A DNA stretch of 64,000 bases, from assembly GCA_902592545.1 (NCBI GenBank), contig CACJFA010000002.1, positions 164 through 64,163 of the forward strand, read 5' to 3'. This stretch comes from an uncultured Pelagibacteraceae bacterium. Its GTDB lineage: Bacteria > Pseudomonadota > Alphaproteobacteria > Pelagibacterales > Pelagibacteraceae. Within the stretch, counting starts at the first letter, position 1, and every line of letters begins with the position of its first letter. A model generated the notes under the pieces. That model was not told the DNA's origin. It saw nothing but the letters and a program-made list of their open reading frames with translations, and made no database searches. Positions 29,368-38,450 of the stretch are shown in pieces. Made by a program: the position numbers and the translations under genes.

Positions 29368-30489
29368 ATGAAAATTGCTTATCTTTCAATTGATGATCCT
29401 AAAGATTATATCTCCTGGTCAGGTTTAAAGTTAAATATTTACAAAACATTACAATATCTTAATCATGATATTAAAATAGTTGGCCCTTTTAAAGATCAAA
29501 AAAGATTTCCTTTTGTAGCTAAAAGAGAAATACTTAAATTATTTAACTTAAAATATGATTCTGAAAGAAAAAATATTTTATCAAAAATTTATTCAAAAAA
29601 AATAAATAATATTATCCACGATAGTAAAGTAGATTTAATTTTTACATCCGATACCTACCTTGTAAGTAATTTAAAAACAAATATACCTATAGTTTTATGG
29701 CTAGATGTAACTTACAAAACTTATTTCAATCATTATTTCGAGGATAGTAAAATTCATAAAAAATCATTCATAGAAGCTAATAATTTAGAAAAATTAGCAT
29801 TATTTAAAGCCAAAAAAATTATCTTAACAAGTAATTGGTCCAAAAAAGAAACTATTAAAAATTACAAAATAAATCCAAAAAAAATAAGTGTAATACCATT
29901 TGGTTCAAATTTGATTGAAACAAAAAAAACAATTAAAAAAATTAAAAATAGATATCTTAATTTAGCGAGTATCGGTGTCGATTGGAAAAGGAAAGGAATG
30001 GATAAAACGATAAGAATCACCAAATATTTAAATAGTAAAGGTATTAAGGCTCGTTTAAATATTATTGGATGTCTAAATAATAAAAAAATATTACCTAAAT
30101 ACATTAACCAAGTAGGTTTTTTAAATAAAAATATTCAAAAAGATCATTTAAAAATAATAAAAATATTATCCAATTCTGATTTTCACGTTTTAATGACAAA
30201 AAAAGAAGCATGTGGAGTAGTTTTTGCAGAGGCAAATTCATATGGTGCTTTTAATATTACAAATAATGTTGGAGGCGTCAGTGGAATGATTAAAAACAAT
30301 ATTAACGGTAAATTATTTAATTTAAATGACAGTGAAATTAAAATTGGTGATTATATAATTAAAATTTTTAATAATAAAAAAAAATTCTCTTTGTTAAAAA
30401 AGAAGTCATTATCATATTATAAATCAAAGTTAAGCTGGAGATCTAATTCAGCAAAATTGCAATCAATACTCAAAAAAGCTATCAAATAA
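29368..30489 (+). CDS. Glycosyltransferase GT4
   Basis: SWSG, VIPFGSN, GVDWKRKG, EACGVVFAEA..G, NVGG. Confidence 0.82.
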   Translation: MKIAYLSIDDPKDYISWSGLKLNIYKTLQYLNHDIKIVGPFKDQKRFPFVAKREILKLFNLKYDSERKNILSKIYSKKINNIIHDSKVDLIFTSDTYLVSNLKTNIPIVLWLDVTYKTYFNHYFEDSKIHKKSFIEANNLEKLALFKAKKIILTSNWSKKETIKNYKINPKKISVIPFGSNLIETKKTIKKIKNRYLNLASIGVDWKRKGMDKTIRITKYLNSKGIKARLNIIGCLNNKKILPKYINQVGFLNKNIQKDHLKIIKILSNSDFHVLMTKKEACGVVFAEANSYGAFNITNNVGGVSGMIKNNINGKLFNLNDSEIKIGDYIIKIFNNKKKFSLLKKKSLSYYKSKLSWRSNSAKLQSILKKAIK

Positions 30490-32300
30490 TGATAAAAGAG
30501 ATTCAAGGCTTAAGATCTATTTCTGTTTTTTTAATTTTGTTTTATCATCTAAATTTAAGTTATTTTAAATTAGGTTTTCTTGCCGTTGATATCTTTTTTA
30601 TCATTAGCGGCATTATTTTTTCTAAAATCATTTTTACAAATCTAATTAATAAAAACTTTTCAATTTTAGAATATACAAAGCGACGGATAAACAGACTATT
30701 TCCTGGATTAATTATACTAATTTTTTTTGTGACAATATTCTCTTGGTTATTTTTAATTCCTCTTGAATTAAAATATTATGGACAAAGTTTATTCAGTACG
30801 TCAATTTTTATTTCGAATATATATTATTATATTGTAAATAATGATTATTTTTCGCCAAATACATATTCTTTATTGCATTTATGGAGTTTGTCTCTTGAGC
30901 TACAATTTTATATTTTATATCCATTATTAATTTTATTTATCAACAAATTTGTTTCATTAAGAAAAAATTTTGAAATAATTTTTTTTTTCATTTTTTTAGC
31001 TTCATTTTACTCAAATATATATTTTGGTTACGACGAAAAATTTGCATTTTATCTTTTACCTACTAGATTTTGGGAGTTTATACTTGGATACTATATTTTT
31101 ATTTTTATAAAAAAAAATCAAATAAATTATTCTTTAAAACATAACTTTTATTTATACTTAATTAATTTTTTTTTAATTATTTATTTAGTTTTTGGAAACA
31201 ATTTAATAGTTAAACAACAAATTACCGCTGTTTTGATTTTTTTAATTATTTTTTTTATTTCCTATAATAATAAAAATATTTTTAATTCTTTCTTAATTAG
31301 CTCTTATAATCAAAATGTAGCCAAGTATAGTTATACAATATTTCTAGTTCACTATCCTGTAATTTATTTTTATAAATATTTTGTTAATTACAAAGAAGAC
31401 TTAACGGATATTTTTATAATATTATTATTAATTATCGTTTTAACTAAATTTATCTTTAAATTAGAAAATTATTTTTTTAATTCATATAGAAAACAAACAT
31501 CAAATAATTCGACAATTAAAGTTTTAATTATTCTTTTGATGTTTAGTTCATTTTTGGGACTTTTTTTTCACCAAACTAAAGGATTAAAATTTAGATATTT
31601 GTTTAATAAAAATATATCTGATGAATATATTTCCTATTCAAAACATTTTGTCAGCTCAAAAAAAATAAATAATGAATCTTGTAACAATTTATGTAAAAAA
31701 ATAATTGGTAACAAAAAATCCATTTTGTTATTTGGTGATTCTCATGCAGGTGATTTTGAATTTGAATTAACAAAAATATTAAATAAAAAGAAAATTAACT
31801 TCTATATTTCTTACTACGATTATAAGACAAGTAATTTAAGTGCACTTGATCATTTGCGCAAAACTCTTGAAAAAGAAAAAAGTGATTATGTTTTTCTAAT
31901 TTTTCATAGAAAAGAAAAAAATAATAGTATTTTTTATGAAAAGCTAGAGTCCTTACTTAATACTTATCCTCAAGTTAAATTTTATTATTTTCTTCAAAGG
32001 GTTGAATTCGATGAGGCACCAATCAAGTTTAAATTATTAAATAAATCTTTTGATAAATTAAATAATATTAATTTTGAGGATTTCAATACATTTACTAAAT
32101 CATTTAATTTTCCCAATTTAAGAGTTGTGGATCAGAATAAATATTTATTAGATTTTAAAAAACCAGGCTGTAAAAAACTTGAGTGTTTTGATGGACATGA
32201 TTATAAAAATTTACCACTTTATCGAGACAATCATCATTTAACTAATTACGGTGCAAATTTATTTATAAATAAATTATTTAAAGAATTGTCATTTAATTAA
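30489..32300 (+). CDS. O-acyltransferase, Acyl_transf_3 + SGNH (OafA/OatA type)
   Basis: IQGLR..V..ILFYH, VDIFFIISG, RRINRLFP, HLWSLSLELQFY; C-terminal FGDSHA and YRDNHHL. Confidence 0.85.
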   Translation: MIKEIQGLRSISVFLILFYHLNLSYFKLGFLAVDIFFIISGIIFSKIIFTNLINKNFSILEYTKRRINRLFPGLIILIFFVTIFSWLFLIPLELKYYGQSLFSTSIFISNIYYYIVNNDYFSPNTYSLLHLWSLSLELQFYILYPLLILFINKFVSLRKNFEIIFFFIFLASFYSNIYFGYDEKFAFYLLPTRFWEFILGYYIFIFIKKNQINYSLKHNFYLYLINFFLIIYLVFGNNLIVKQQITAVLIFLIIFFISYNNKNIFNSFLISSYNQNVAKYSYTIFLVHYPVIYFYKYFVNYKEDLTDIFIILLLIIVLTKFIFKLENYFFNSYRKQTSNNSTIKVLIILLMFSSFLGLFFHQTKGLKFRYLFNKNISDEYISYSKHFVSSKKINNESCNNLCKKIIGNKKSILLFGDSHAGDFEFELTKILNKKKINFYISYYDYKTSNLSALDHLRKTLEKEKSDYVFLIFHRKEKNNSIFYEKLESLLNTYPQVKFYYFLQRVEFDEAPIKFKLLNKSFDKLNNINFEDFNTFTKSFNFPNLRVVDQNKYLLDFKKPGCKKLECFDGHDYKNLPLYRDNHHLTNYGANLFINKLFKELSFN

Positions 32301-32321
32301 TTACTGTTATTAATTGCGTCA

Positions 32322-33200
32322 ATGAAATATATAGTAGTAACTGGTGGCTCAGGCTTTATTGGCACTAACTTAATAAAAACCCTAGCTATAAATAAAAATT
32401 ATAAAATAATTTCTTTAGATAACTATTTTACTGGATCAAAAAAAAATCACATTAAAGAAAAAAATGTAAGATATATTAATGGTGATACCAAAAATATATC
32501 TAAAATATTAAATTCTATAAAAAAAAATATTAGTGTTATTTTTCATTTTGCAGAATTCTCAAGAATAGCCCAAAGCTTTGACTATAGAAATGATTGTTTT
32601 CAATCAAATATTCACGGTAGTTATGAGGTAATTAATTTCTGTTTATTAAATAAAATTAAAATAATTTATTCAGCAACATCTGCAAGTTTGGGTAATTATG
32701 GTCTTGATCAAAACTTATCACCTTACGCTTTTACAAAATCGAATAACATGAACTTAATAATGAATTTAAATGAGTGGTTTGGTTTAAAATATGAAATAAT
32801 TTATTTTTACAATGTTTATGGGCCTCATCAAATTTATAAATCTAGCATGGCAGCTGTAGTAGGTATATTTGAGGAATATTTTAAAAAAAAAAAACCTTTA
32901 CCAGTAGTTAAACCAGGAACTCAAAGCAGAAAATTTACCCATGTACAAGATACCGTTGACGCATGTATTTATGCTTGGAAAAAAAACAAAAATGCCCATT
33001 ACTCTATTTCAAATAATAAATCTTATTCTATAATCCAATTAGCAAAACTTTTTAGTAGTAAAATTAAAATGATTTCAGAAAGAAGAGGTGAGAGATTTAA
33101 TTCATCTATTGTTAAAAAAATCAGAAAAAAAAGAATATTTAATTTAGTTGGAAAAAGATCTTTACATCAATATGTCAGAGATATAAAAAAAAATATATGA
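32322..33200 (+). CDS. Extended SDR, NAD-dependent epimerase
   Basis: VTGGSGFIG, LDNYFTG, FHFAEFSRI, SPYAFTK, FYNVYGP, GTQSRKFTHV. Confidence 0.78.
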   Translation: MKYIVVTGGSGFIGTNLIKTLAINKNYKIISLDNYFTGSKKNHIKEKNVRYINGDTKNISKILNSIKKNISVIFHFAEFSRIAQSFDYRNDCFQSNIHGSYEVINFCLLNKIKIIYSATSASLGNYGLDQNLSPYAFTKSNNMNLIMNLNEWFGLKYEIIYFYNVYGPHQIYKSSMAAVVGIFEEYFKKKKPLPVVKPGTQSRKFTHVQDTVDACIYAWKKNKNAHYSISNNKSYSIIQLAKLFSSKIKMISERRGERFNSSIVKKIRKKRIFNLVGKRSLHQYVRDIKKNI

Positions 33201-34186
33201 AATATTTAGTTTGTGGAGCAGGAGGATTTATAGGTGGTCATTTAGTGAAAAACCTAATGGATGAGGGCAATGAAGTAGTCTGTGCAGATATAAAACCTTT
33301 AGAATTTTGGTTTCAAATATTTGATCAAAACAAAAACTATTCCTTAGATCTTAAATCATATGATAATTGTTTAAAAGTAACAAAAGATGTGGATTATATT
33401 TATAACATGGCTTGTAACATGGGCGGCATGGGTTTTATTGAAAATAATAAGGCTGAGTGTATGCTTTCTGTATTAATTAATACCAATTTATTGAGAGCTT
33501 GTTTAGAAAATGATGTCAAAAGATATTTTTATTCATCCAGCGCTTGCGTTTATAACGGAACTAAGCAAAAACAAACTTTTGTACCTGGCTTAAAAGAAGA
33601 AGATGCTTATCCTGCTGAACCTGAGGATGGATATGGATGGGAAAAATTATTTAGCGAAAGGATGTGCAGACACTTTACAGAAGATTTTGGATTAGAAACT
33701 AGAGTGGTTAGATACCATAATGTTTATGGACCTTTGGGAACTTATGATGGTGGAAGAGAAAAAGCTCCTGCTGCATTATGCAGAAAAATTATAAATGCAA
33801 AACTAACCAATGAAAAAGAGATAGAAGTATGGGGCGACGGTGAACAAACTAGAAGCTTTATGTATATTTCCGATTGTATTGAAGGAACAAAAAAATTATT
33901 TAATTCAAATTTAAATGATCCATATAATGTTGGGAGTTCTGAGCAAGTATCAATTAATCAAATGATTGAGATAATTGAGGAAATTGCAGATTATAAAGTC
34001 AAAAAAAATTATTTATTAGATAAACCAAAGGGTGTGAGGGGGCGTTCTAGTGATAATAGTAAAATTTTAAAAGATTTGAATTGGTCACCATCTTTACCTT
34101 TAAAGGAGGGACTTGAATTAACATTTAAATGGATATCTAATGATATTAAAAGTGGTGAAAACTCAAAAAAATTTACCAGATCTTAG
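33197..34186 (+). CDS. GDP-mannose 3,5-epimerase (GME)-like SDR
   Basis: GAGGFIG, MGGMGFI, SSACVY, LKEEDAYPAEPEDGYGWEK, YDGGREKAPAALCRK, WGDGEQTRSF, GVRGRSSDN. Confidence 0.82.
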   Translation: MKYLVCGAGGFIGGHLVKNLMDEGNEVVCADIKPLEFWFQIFDQNKNYSLDLKSYDNCLKVTKDVDYIYNMACNMGGMGFIENNKAECMLSVLINTNLLRACLENDVKRYFYSSSACVYNGTKQKQTFVPGLKEEDAYPAEPEDGYGWEKLFSERMCRHFTEDFGLETRVVRYHNVYGPLGTYDGGREKAPAALCRKIINAKLTNEKEIEVWGDGEQTRSFMYISDCIEGTKKLFNSNLNDPYNVGSSEQVSINQMIEIIEEIADYKVKKNYLLDKPKGVRGRSSDNSKILKDLNWSPSLPLKEGLELTFKWISNDIKSGENSKKFTRS

Positions 34187-34187
34187 C

Positions 34188-34216
34188 TTTACATATTCGT
34201 TTTTAGATAGTATAAA
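34188..34216 (+). promoter_or_regulatory. Predicted sigma70 promoter of the stand-alone 5S rRNA
   Basis: TTTACA (34188-34193), 17 nt, TATAAA (34211-34216), then GC-rich ATCGCGCC leading into the 5S 5' end. Confidence 0.6.
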
Positions 34217-34221
34217 ATCGC

Positions 34222-34337
34222 GCCTGGTAATTATTGCGAAAGGGTCATACCCGATCCCATTCCGAACTCGGAAGTCAAGCCTTTCTGCGCCGATGGTACT
34301 TTGTCTTAAGGCATGGAAGAGTAGGACATTGCCAGGC
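34222..34337 (+). rRNA. rrf: 5S ribosomal RNA (not linked to 16S/23S in this window)
   Basis: Terminal helix GCCTGGTAAT/ATTGCCAGGC; conserved CCGATCCCATTCCGAACTCGGAAGTCAAG, GCCGATGGTACT, GAGTAGG. Confidence 0.96.
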
Positions 34338-34347
34338 TAAAAAAATT

Positions 34348-34473
34348 ATGAAAATTAAAAGCTCATTAAAATCAATTAAAAAAAGAGATTTAAACTCAAA
34401 GTTAGTTAGAAGAAGAGGAAGAGTTTACATAATAAATAAAACAAACCCCAAATATAAAGCAAGACAAAAGTAA
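34348..34473 (+). CDS. rpmJ: 50S ribosomal protein L36 (Cys-free type)
   Basis: ATG 34348: [41 protein letters not shown]. Confidence 0.93.
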   Translation: MKIKSSLKSIKKRDLNSKLVRRRGRVYIINKTNPKYKARQK

Positions 34474-34478
34474 GTTTT

Positions 34479-34589
34479 ATGGATAATGAAAACCATAAAA
34501 ATACTTGGAATAATTTTACTAAGTTTGTTCTGTGGGGAACTGTCGCTGTAATATCTGTTTTAGTTTTAATGGCAGTGTTCTTACTATAG
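34479..34589 (+). CDS. 36-aa single-TM protein, aa3-type cytochrome c oxidase subunit IV-like (not in ORF track)
   Basis: Hand translation: MDNENHKNTWNNFTKFVLWGTVAVISVLVLMAVFLL*. It has an H..T[WY]..F motif plus a C-terminal TM helix and fills the rpmJ-pntA gap. Confidence 0.75.
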   Translation: MDNENHKNTWNNFTKFVLWGTVAVISVLVLMAVFLL

Positions 34590-34598
34590 ACTTTTCCA

Positions 34599-35687
34599 AT
34601 GAGAATCGGATCTGTTTCAGAAGACAAAAATCTAGAAAAAAGAATAGCAGTTACACCAGAGATAATAAAAAAATATAAATCTCTAGGATTTGAAATATCT
34701 TTAAGCGAAAATTATGGTTCTCATATTGGTATTAAAGACGAAATATTTAAAGAAATGGGAGCTAAGATTGTAAAAGATGAAGTAGAAATTTTAAATTCAT
34801 CTGACATAATTGTCCAGCTTGGAATATTGTCTGACGATAAAATTTCAAAAATAAAAGAAAATCAGACATTAATTGGAGTTTTAAACCCTTACAAAAATAA
34901 AAAACAGTTAGAAAATTTAGCCAAAAATAAAATAAATCTTTTTTCTTTGGAATTGCTTCCAAGAATTACTAGAGCTCAATCTATGGATATATTATCTTCG
35001 CAAGCTAACCTAGCTGGTTATAAAGCAGTTATAGATTCTTTCGCCAATTTTGAAAAAGCTATACCTATGATGATGACGGCAGCAGGAACAATTCCGGCTG
35101 CGAAGGTTTTAGTCGTTGGTGCAGGTGTTGCTGGGTTACAAGCAATTGCGACTGCCAAGAGAATGGGTGCGATTGTTTTTGCCACCGATGTTAGAATGGC
35201 ATCAAAAGAACAAGTTGAAAGTTTAGGTGGTAAATTTTTAACTGTAGAGGGTTCAGAAAATTTAGAAACTGAGGGAGGTTATGCAAAAGAAGCTTCTGAG
35301 GAATTTAAACAAAAACAAGAGGATCTTTTATCTGAAACTCTAAAAAAAATTGATATAGTAATTTGTACAGCCCTTATACCAGGTAAAAAAGCTCCTTTGA
35401 TAATCAAAGATAATATGATTGTGAATATGCAATCAGGATCAGTAATTTATGATCTAGCAGCAATTCAAGGAGGAAATACTGCATTTACAGAAGTGGATAA
35501 AGTTATTGAAAAAAATGGAATTAAAATCATGGGTGAGAGCAATATTTTAAATAAATTACCTGTTTCTGCTTCGAACTTGTATGCTAAAAATGTCTTTAAT
35601 TTTGTTGATAATTTAATCGACAAAGAGAATAAAAAAATAAATATTAATTTAGAAGATGAAATTATAGAAAAGACTTTAATTAAATAA
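34599..35687 (+). CDS. pntA: NAD(P) transhydrogenase subunit alpha, part 1 (domain I)
   Basis: EKRIAVTPE, LPRITRAQSMDILSSQANLAGYKAV, GAGVAGLQA, TALIPGKKAP. Confidence 0.95.
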   Translation: MRIGSVSEDKNLEKRIAVTPEIIKKYKSLGFEISLSENYGSHIGIKDEIFKEMGAKIVKDEVEILNSSDIIVQLGILSDDKISKIKENQTLIGVLNPYKNKKQLENLAKNKINLFSLELLPRITRAQSMDILSSQANLAGYKAVIDSFANFEKAIPMMMTAAGTIPAAKVLVVGAGVAGLQAIATAKRMGAIVFATDVRMASKEQVESLGGKFLTVEGSENLETEGGYAKEASEEFKQKQEDLLSETLKKIDIVICTALIPGKKAPLIIKDNMIVNMQSGSVIYDLAAIQGGNTAFTEVDKVIEKNGIKIMGESNILNKLPVSASNLYAKNVFNFVDNLIDKENKKININLEDEIIEKTLIK

Positions 35688-35690
35688 ATT

Positions 35691-35999
35691 ATGGAAATAG
35701 ATCCTTTAATATTTAGATTAAGTATATTTATCCTTTCAATATTTGTAGGATATTATGTTGTATGGAGTGTTACACCATCTTTACATACACCATTAATGTC
35801 AGTCACCAACGCAATTTCCTCAGTAATAATTGTTGGAGCTATTATTGCAGGTTTGTCAGGAAATTCTGACAGTGTATTTAATACTTCAAGTATATTTGGT
35901 TTTTTAGCTATAGCTTTAGCTGCAATAAATATTTTTGGGGGATTTCTTGTAACTCAAAGAATGCTGGCAATGTATAAAAAAAAGAAAAAGGATAAATAA
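35691..35999 (+). CDS. pntA: NAD(P) transhydrogenase subunit alpha, part 2 (membrane)
   Basis: VTPSLHTPLMSVTNAIS, NIFGGFLVTQRML. Confidence 0.95.
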   Translation: MEIDPLIFRLSIFILSIFVGYYVVWSVTPSLHTPLMSVTNAISSVIIVGAIIAGLSGNSDSVFNTSSIFGFLAIALAAINIFGGFLVTQRMLAMYKKKKKDK

Positions 36000-36001
36000 T
36001 A

Positions 36002-37399
36002 GTGATATCTGCAAACTTATCTGCAATTTTTTATTTAGTTTCAGGTGTCTTATTCATCCTTGCTTTAAGAGGCCTATCTTCGCCCGAAACATCTAGGCAA
36101 GGTAATTTATTTGGTATTTTAGGGATGGTTATTGCCATAACTGTAACATTTTTATCTACAGGTAATTTTTCTAGTGGATTTGTATTTGTTCTAATATTTA
36201 TTTTAGTAGGTGGATCTATTGGAGCTTTTATAGCTTATAGAATACCTATGACGGCTATGCCAGAATTAGTTGCTGGTTTTCATAGCCTGGTCGGACTTGC
36301 TGCTGTATTCGTAGCAATTGCTGCTTTTTTAAATCCTGAAGCATTTAATTTGGGTACACCTGGAAACATAAAACTTGGTAGCTTGATTGAAATGTCTATT
36401 GGAGCCGCAGTAGGAGCCATTACATTTTCAGGCTCAGTAATTGCTTTCTTAAAATTACAAGGAATAATGTCTGGATCTCCAATTACTTTTAAAGGACAAC
36501 ACCCTCTAAATGCAATTATATTAATTTCAATAGTTGTTTTAATTTATCTTTTGTGCTCGACACAATCATCTAATTTATTTTGGATTCTGTTAGCAGTTTC
36601 ATTTTTAATTGGTTTTCTTTTAATTATACCAATCGGTGGAGCAGATATGCCTGTAGTAATTTCTATGCTTAACTCATATTCTGGTTGGGCAGCTGCAGGA
36701 ATTGGTTTTACTTTAGAAAATACAGCATTAATAATTACGGGAGCACTTGTTGGATCATCAGGTGCAATTTTATCTTATATTATGTGTAAAGGTATGAATC
36801 GTTCCTTCTTCAATGTTATTCTAGGTGGATTTGGAGCAACAGAAGATACTTCAAGCAAATCTAACAAAGAACAAAGACCTGTCAAAAGTGGTAATGCAGA
36901 TGATGCAGCTTTTTTAATGAAAAATGCTTCTTCAGTAATAATTGTACCTGGATATGGAATGGCAGTTGCTCAAGCCCAGCACGCTTTAAGAGAAATGGTA
37001 GATACACTTAAGAAGAATGATATTAAAGTATCTTACGCAATTCACCCAGTTGCTGGAAGAATGCCAGGACATATGAATGTTTTATTAGCAGAAGCTAATG
37101 TGCCATATGATGAGGTTTTTGAGTTAGAGGAAATAAACAACGATTTTGCAAATGCAGATGTCGCTTTTGTTATTGGTGCAAATGATGTTACCAATCCGGT
37201 TGCAAAAACAGATCCGCAAAGTCCAATTTATGGAATGCCAGTTTTAGATGTAGAAAAATGTAAATCAGTATTGTTTGTAAAAAGAAGCTTATCACCTGGA
37301 TATGCAGGAATAGATAATGATTTGTTCTATAAAGAAAATACCCTAATGTTGTTTGCAGATGCAAAAAAAATGACAGAAGATATTACTAAGAATTTGTAG
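36002..37399 (+). CDS. pntB: NAD(P) transhydrogenase subunit beta
   Basis: MPELVAGFHSLVG, IGGADMPVVISMLNSYSGW, VPGYGMAVAQAQ, HPVAGRMPGHMNVLLAE. Confidence 0.96.
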   Translation: MISANLSAIFYLVSGVLFILALRGLSSPETSRQGNLFGILGMVIAITVTFLSTGNFSSGFVFVLIFILVGGSIGAFIAYRIPMTAMPELVAGFHSLVGLAAVFVAIAAFLNPEAFNLGTPGNIKLGSLIEMSIGAAVGAITFSGSVIAFLKLQGIMSGSPITFKGQHPLNAIILISIVVLIYLLCSTQSSNLFWILLAVSFLIGFLLIIPIGGADMPVVISMLNSYSGWAAAGIGFTLENTALIITGALVGSSGAILSYIMCKGMNRSFFNVILGGFGATEDTSSKSNKEQRPVKSGNADDAAFLMKNASSVIIVPGYGMAVAQAQHALREMVDTLKKNDIKVSYAIHPVAGRMPGHMNVLLAEANVPYDEVFELEEINNDFANADVAFVIGANDVTNPVAKTDPQSPIYGMPVLDVEKCKSVLFVKRSLSPGYAGIDNDLFYKENTLMLFADAKKMTEDITKNL

Positions 37400-37404
37400 A
37401 TCAT

Positions 37405-38103
37405 ATGAATACAAAGATTTTTTGTGATATTGCAGACATATCTTCAATAAAAAAATTTAATAATAAATCAATTGTAAAAGGGTTTACCACCAACCCAAGC
37501 TTAATGAGAAAAGCTGGTGCAAAAGATTATGAATCTTATTCAAAAGAAATACTTAAAGTTTGTAGAAACAAACCTATTTCTTTTGAAGTATTTGCTGACG
37601 ATCACGATTATATGATTGAGCAAGGAATAAAAATAAATAGTTGGGGTAAAAATGTTTATGTAAAAGTTCCAGTAGTAAATTCAAAAAATAAATTTTCAGG
37701 AAATGTAATAAAAGAGCTAAATAGTAAAAATATTAAGTTAAATATCACAGCAGTATATACATCTAAGCAAACTGAAAAAATACTTAAGTTAATTAATAAA
37801 AAAACAAAAGTAATAATTTCAATTTTTGCTGGAAGAGCAGGAGATACTGGCAAAGATCCAATCCCAGAATTTACAAAAAGTATAAAATTAGCAAAGAAAT
37901 TTAAAAATGTAGAAATTTTATGGGCAAGTGTTAGAGAGCCATATAATTATCTACAAGCTAAACAATTGGGTTGTAATATAATCACTATTCCTCCAGATAT
38001 AATTGAGAAAATTGAAAAATTTGGAAAATCTTTCAATCAGTTAACTATAGAAACAGTTAAAGCTTTTCTTGTTGATAGCAAAAAATCTAATTTTAAAATA
38101 TAA
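37405..38103 (+). CDS. tal: Transaldolase (small TalC/FSA-like family)
   Basis: IFCDIAD, GFTTNPSL, YVKVP (Schiff-base Lys), NITAV, SIFAGR, LWASVRE. Confidence 0.85.
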   Translation: MNTKIFCDIADISSIKKFNNKSIVKGFTTNPSLMRKAGAKDYESYSKEILKVCRNKPISFEVFADDHDYMIEQGIKINSWGKNVYVKVPVVNSKNKFSGNVIKELNSKNIKLNITAVYTSKQTEKILKLINKKTKVIISIFAGRAGDTGKDPIPEFTKSIKLAKKFKNVEILWASVREPYNYLQAKQLGCNIITIPPDIIEKIEKFGKSFNQLTIETVKAFLVDSKKSNFKI

Positions 38104-38109
38104 TTAAAT

Positions 38110-38186
<77 letters not shown>

Positions 38187-38192
38187 GTATTT

Positions 38193-38399
38193 TTAAATTC
38201 TATTTTTGAGTTTATTTAATTTCTTTACTCTTTTAATATTTTCTTGAAGAATTCTCTTTTTCTTTTCTGAAGGTTTTTCATAAGTATTCTTTAATTTAAT
38301 AACCTTAAAAAAACCATCTCTTTGAAGTTTTCTTTTTAATACCCTCAAAGCTTGTTCAACATTATTGTCTTTAACTTCTATTTTAATAACTACCTCCAA
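38193..38399 (-). CDS. rpsU: 30S ribosomal protein S21 (start uncertain: TTG 38399 or ATT 38387)
   Basis: VKDNNVEQALRVLKRKLQRDG..YEKPSEKK. Confidence 0.92.
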   Translation of the reverse strand: MEVVIKIEVKDNNVEQALRVLKRKLQRDGFFKVIKLKNTYEKPSEKKKRILQENIKRVKKLNKLKNRI

Positions 38400-38450
38400 A
38401 AAAACGTTTAGATAACACTTTTATAAATTTATGTCTATTATTTTTATCCA

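Larger units (their letters stand above)
1..34186. other. Surface polysaccharide/glycan biosynthesis genomic island (SAR11 HVR2-like), left end outside window
   Basis: 31 consecutive ORFs all related to nucleotide-sugar synthesis, glycosyl transfer, ligation or export. The run ends immediately before a lone 5S rRNA, after which only housekeeping genes occur. Confidence 0.85.

Noticed and set aside
34140-34473. ORF-track calls 34140..34340 (66 aa) and the 79-aa extension 34234..34473
   Set aside because: Both overlap the 5S rRNA. Only 34348..34473 (L36) is a credible CDS.
34406-34627. 73-aa minus-strand hydrophobic ORF
   Set aside because: It is the antisense shadow of rpmJ, the 36-aa TM ORF and pntA.
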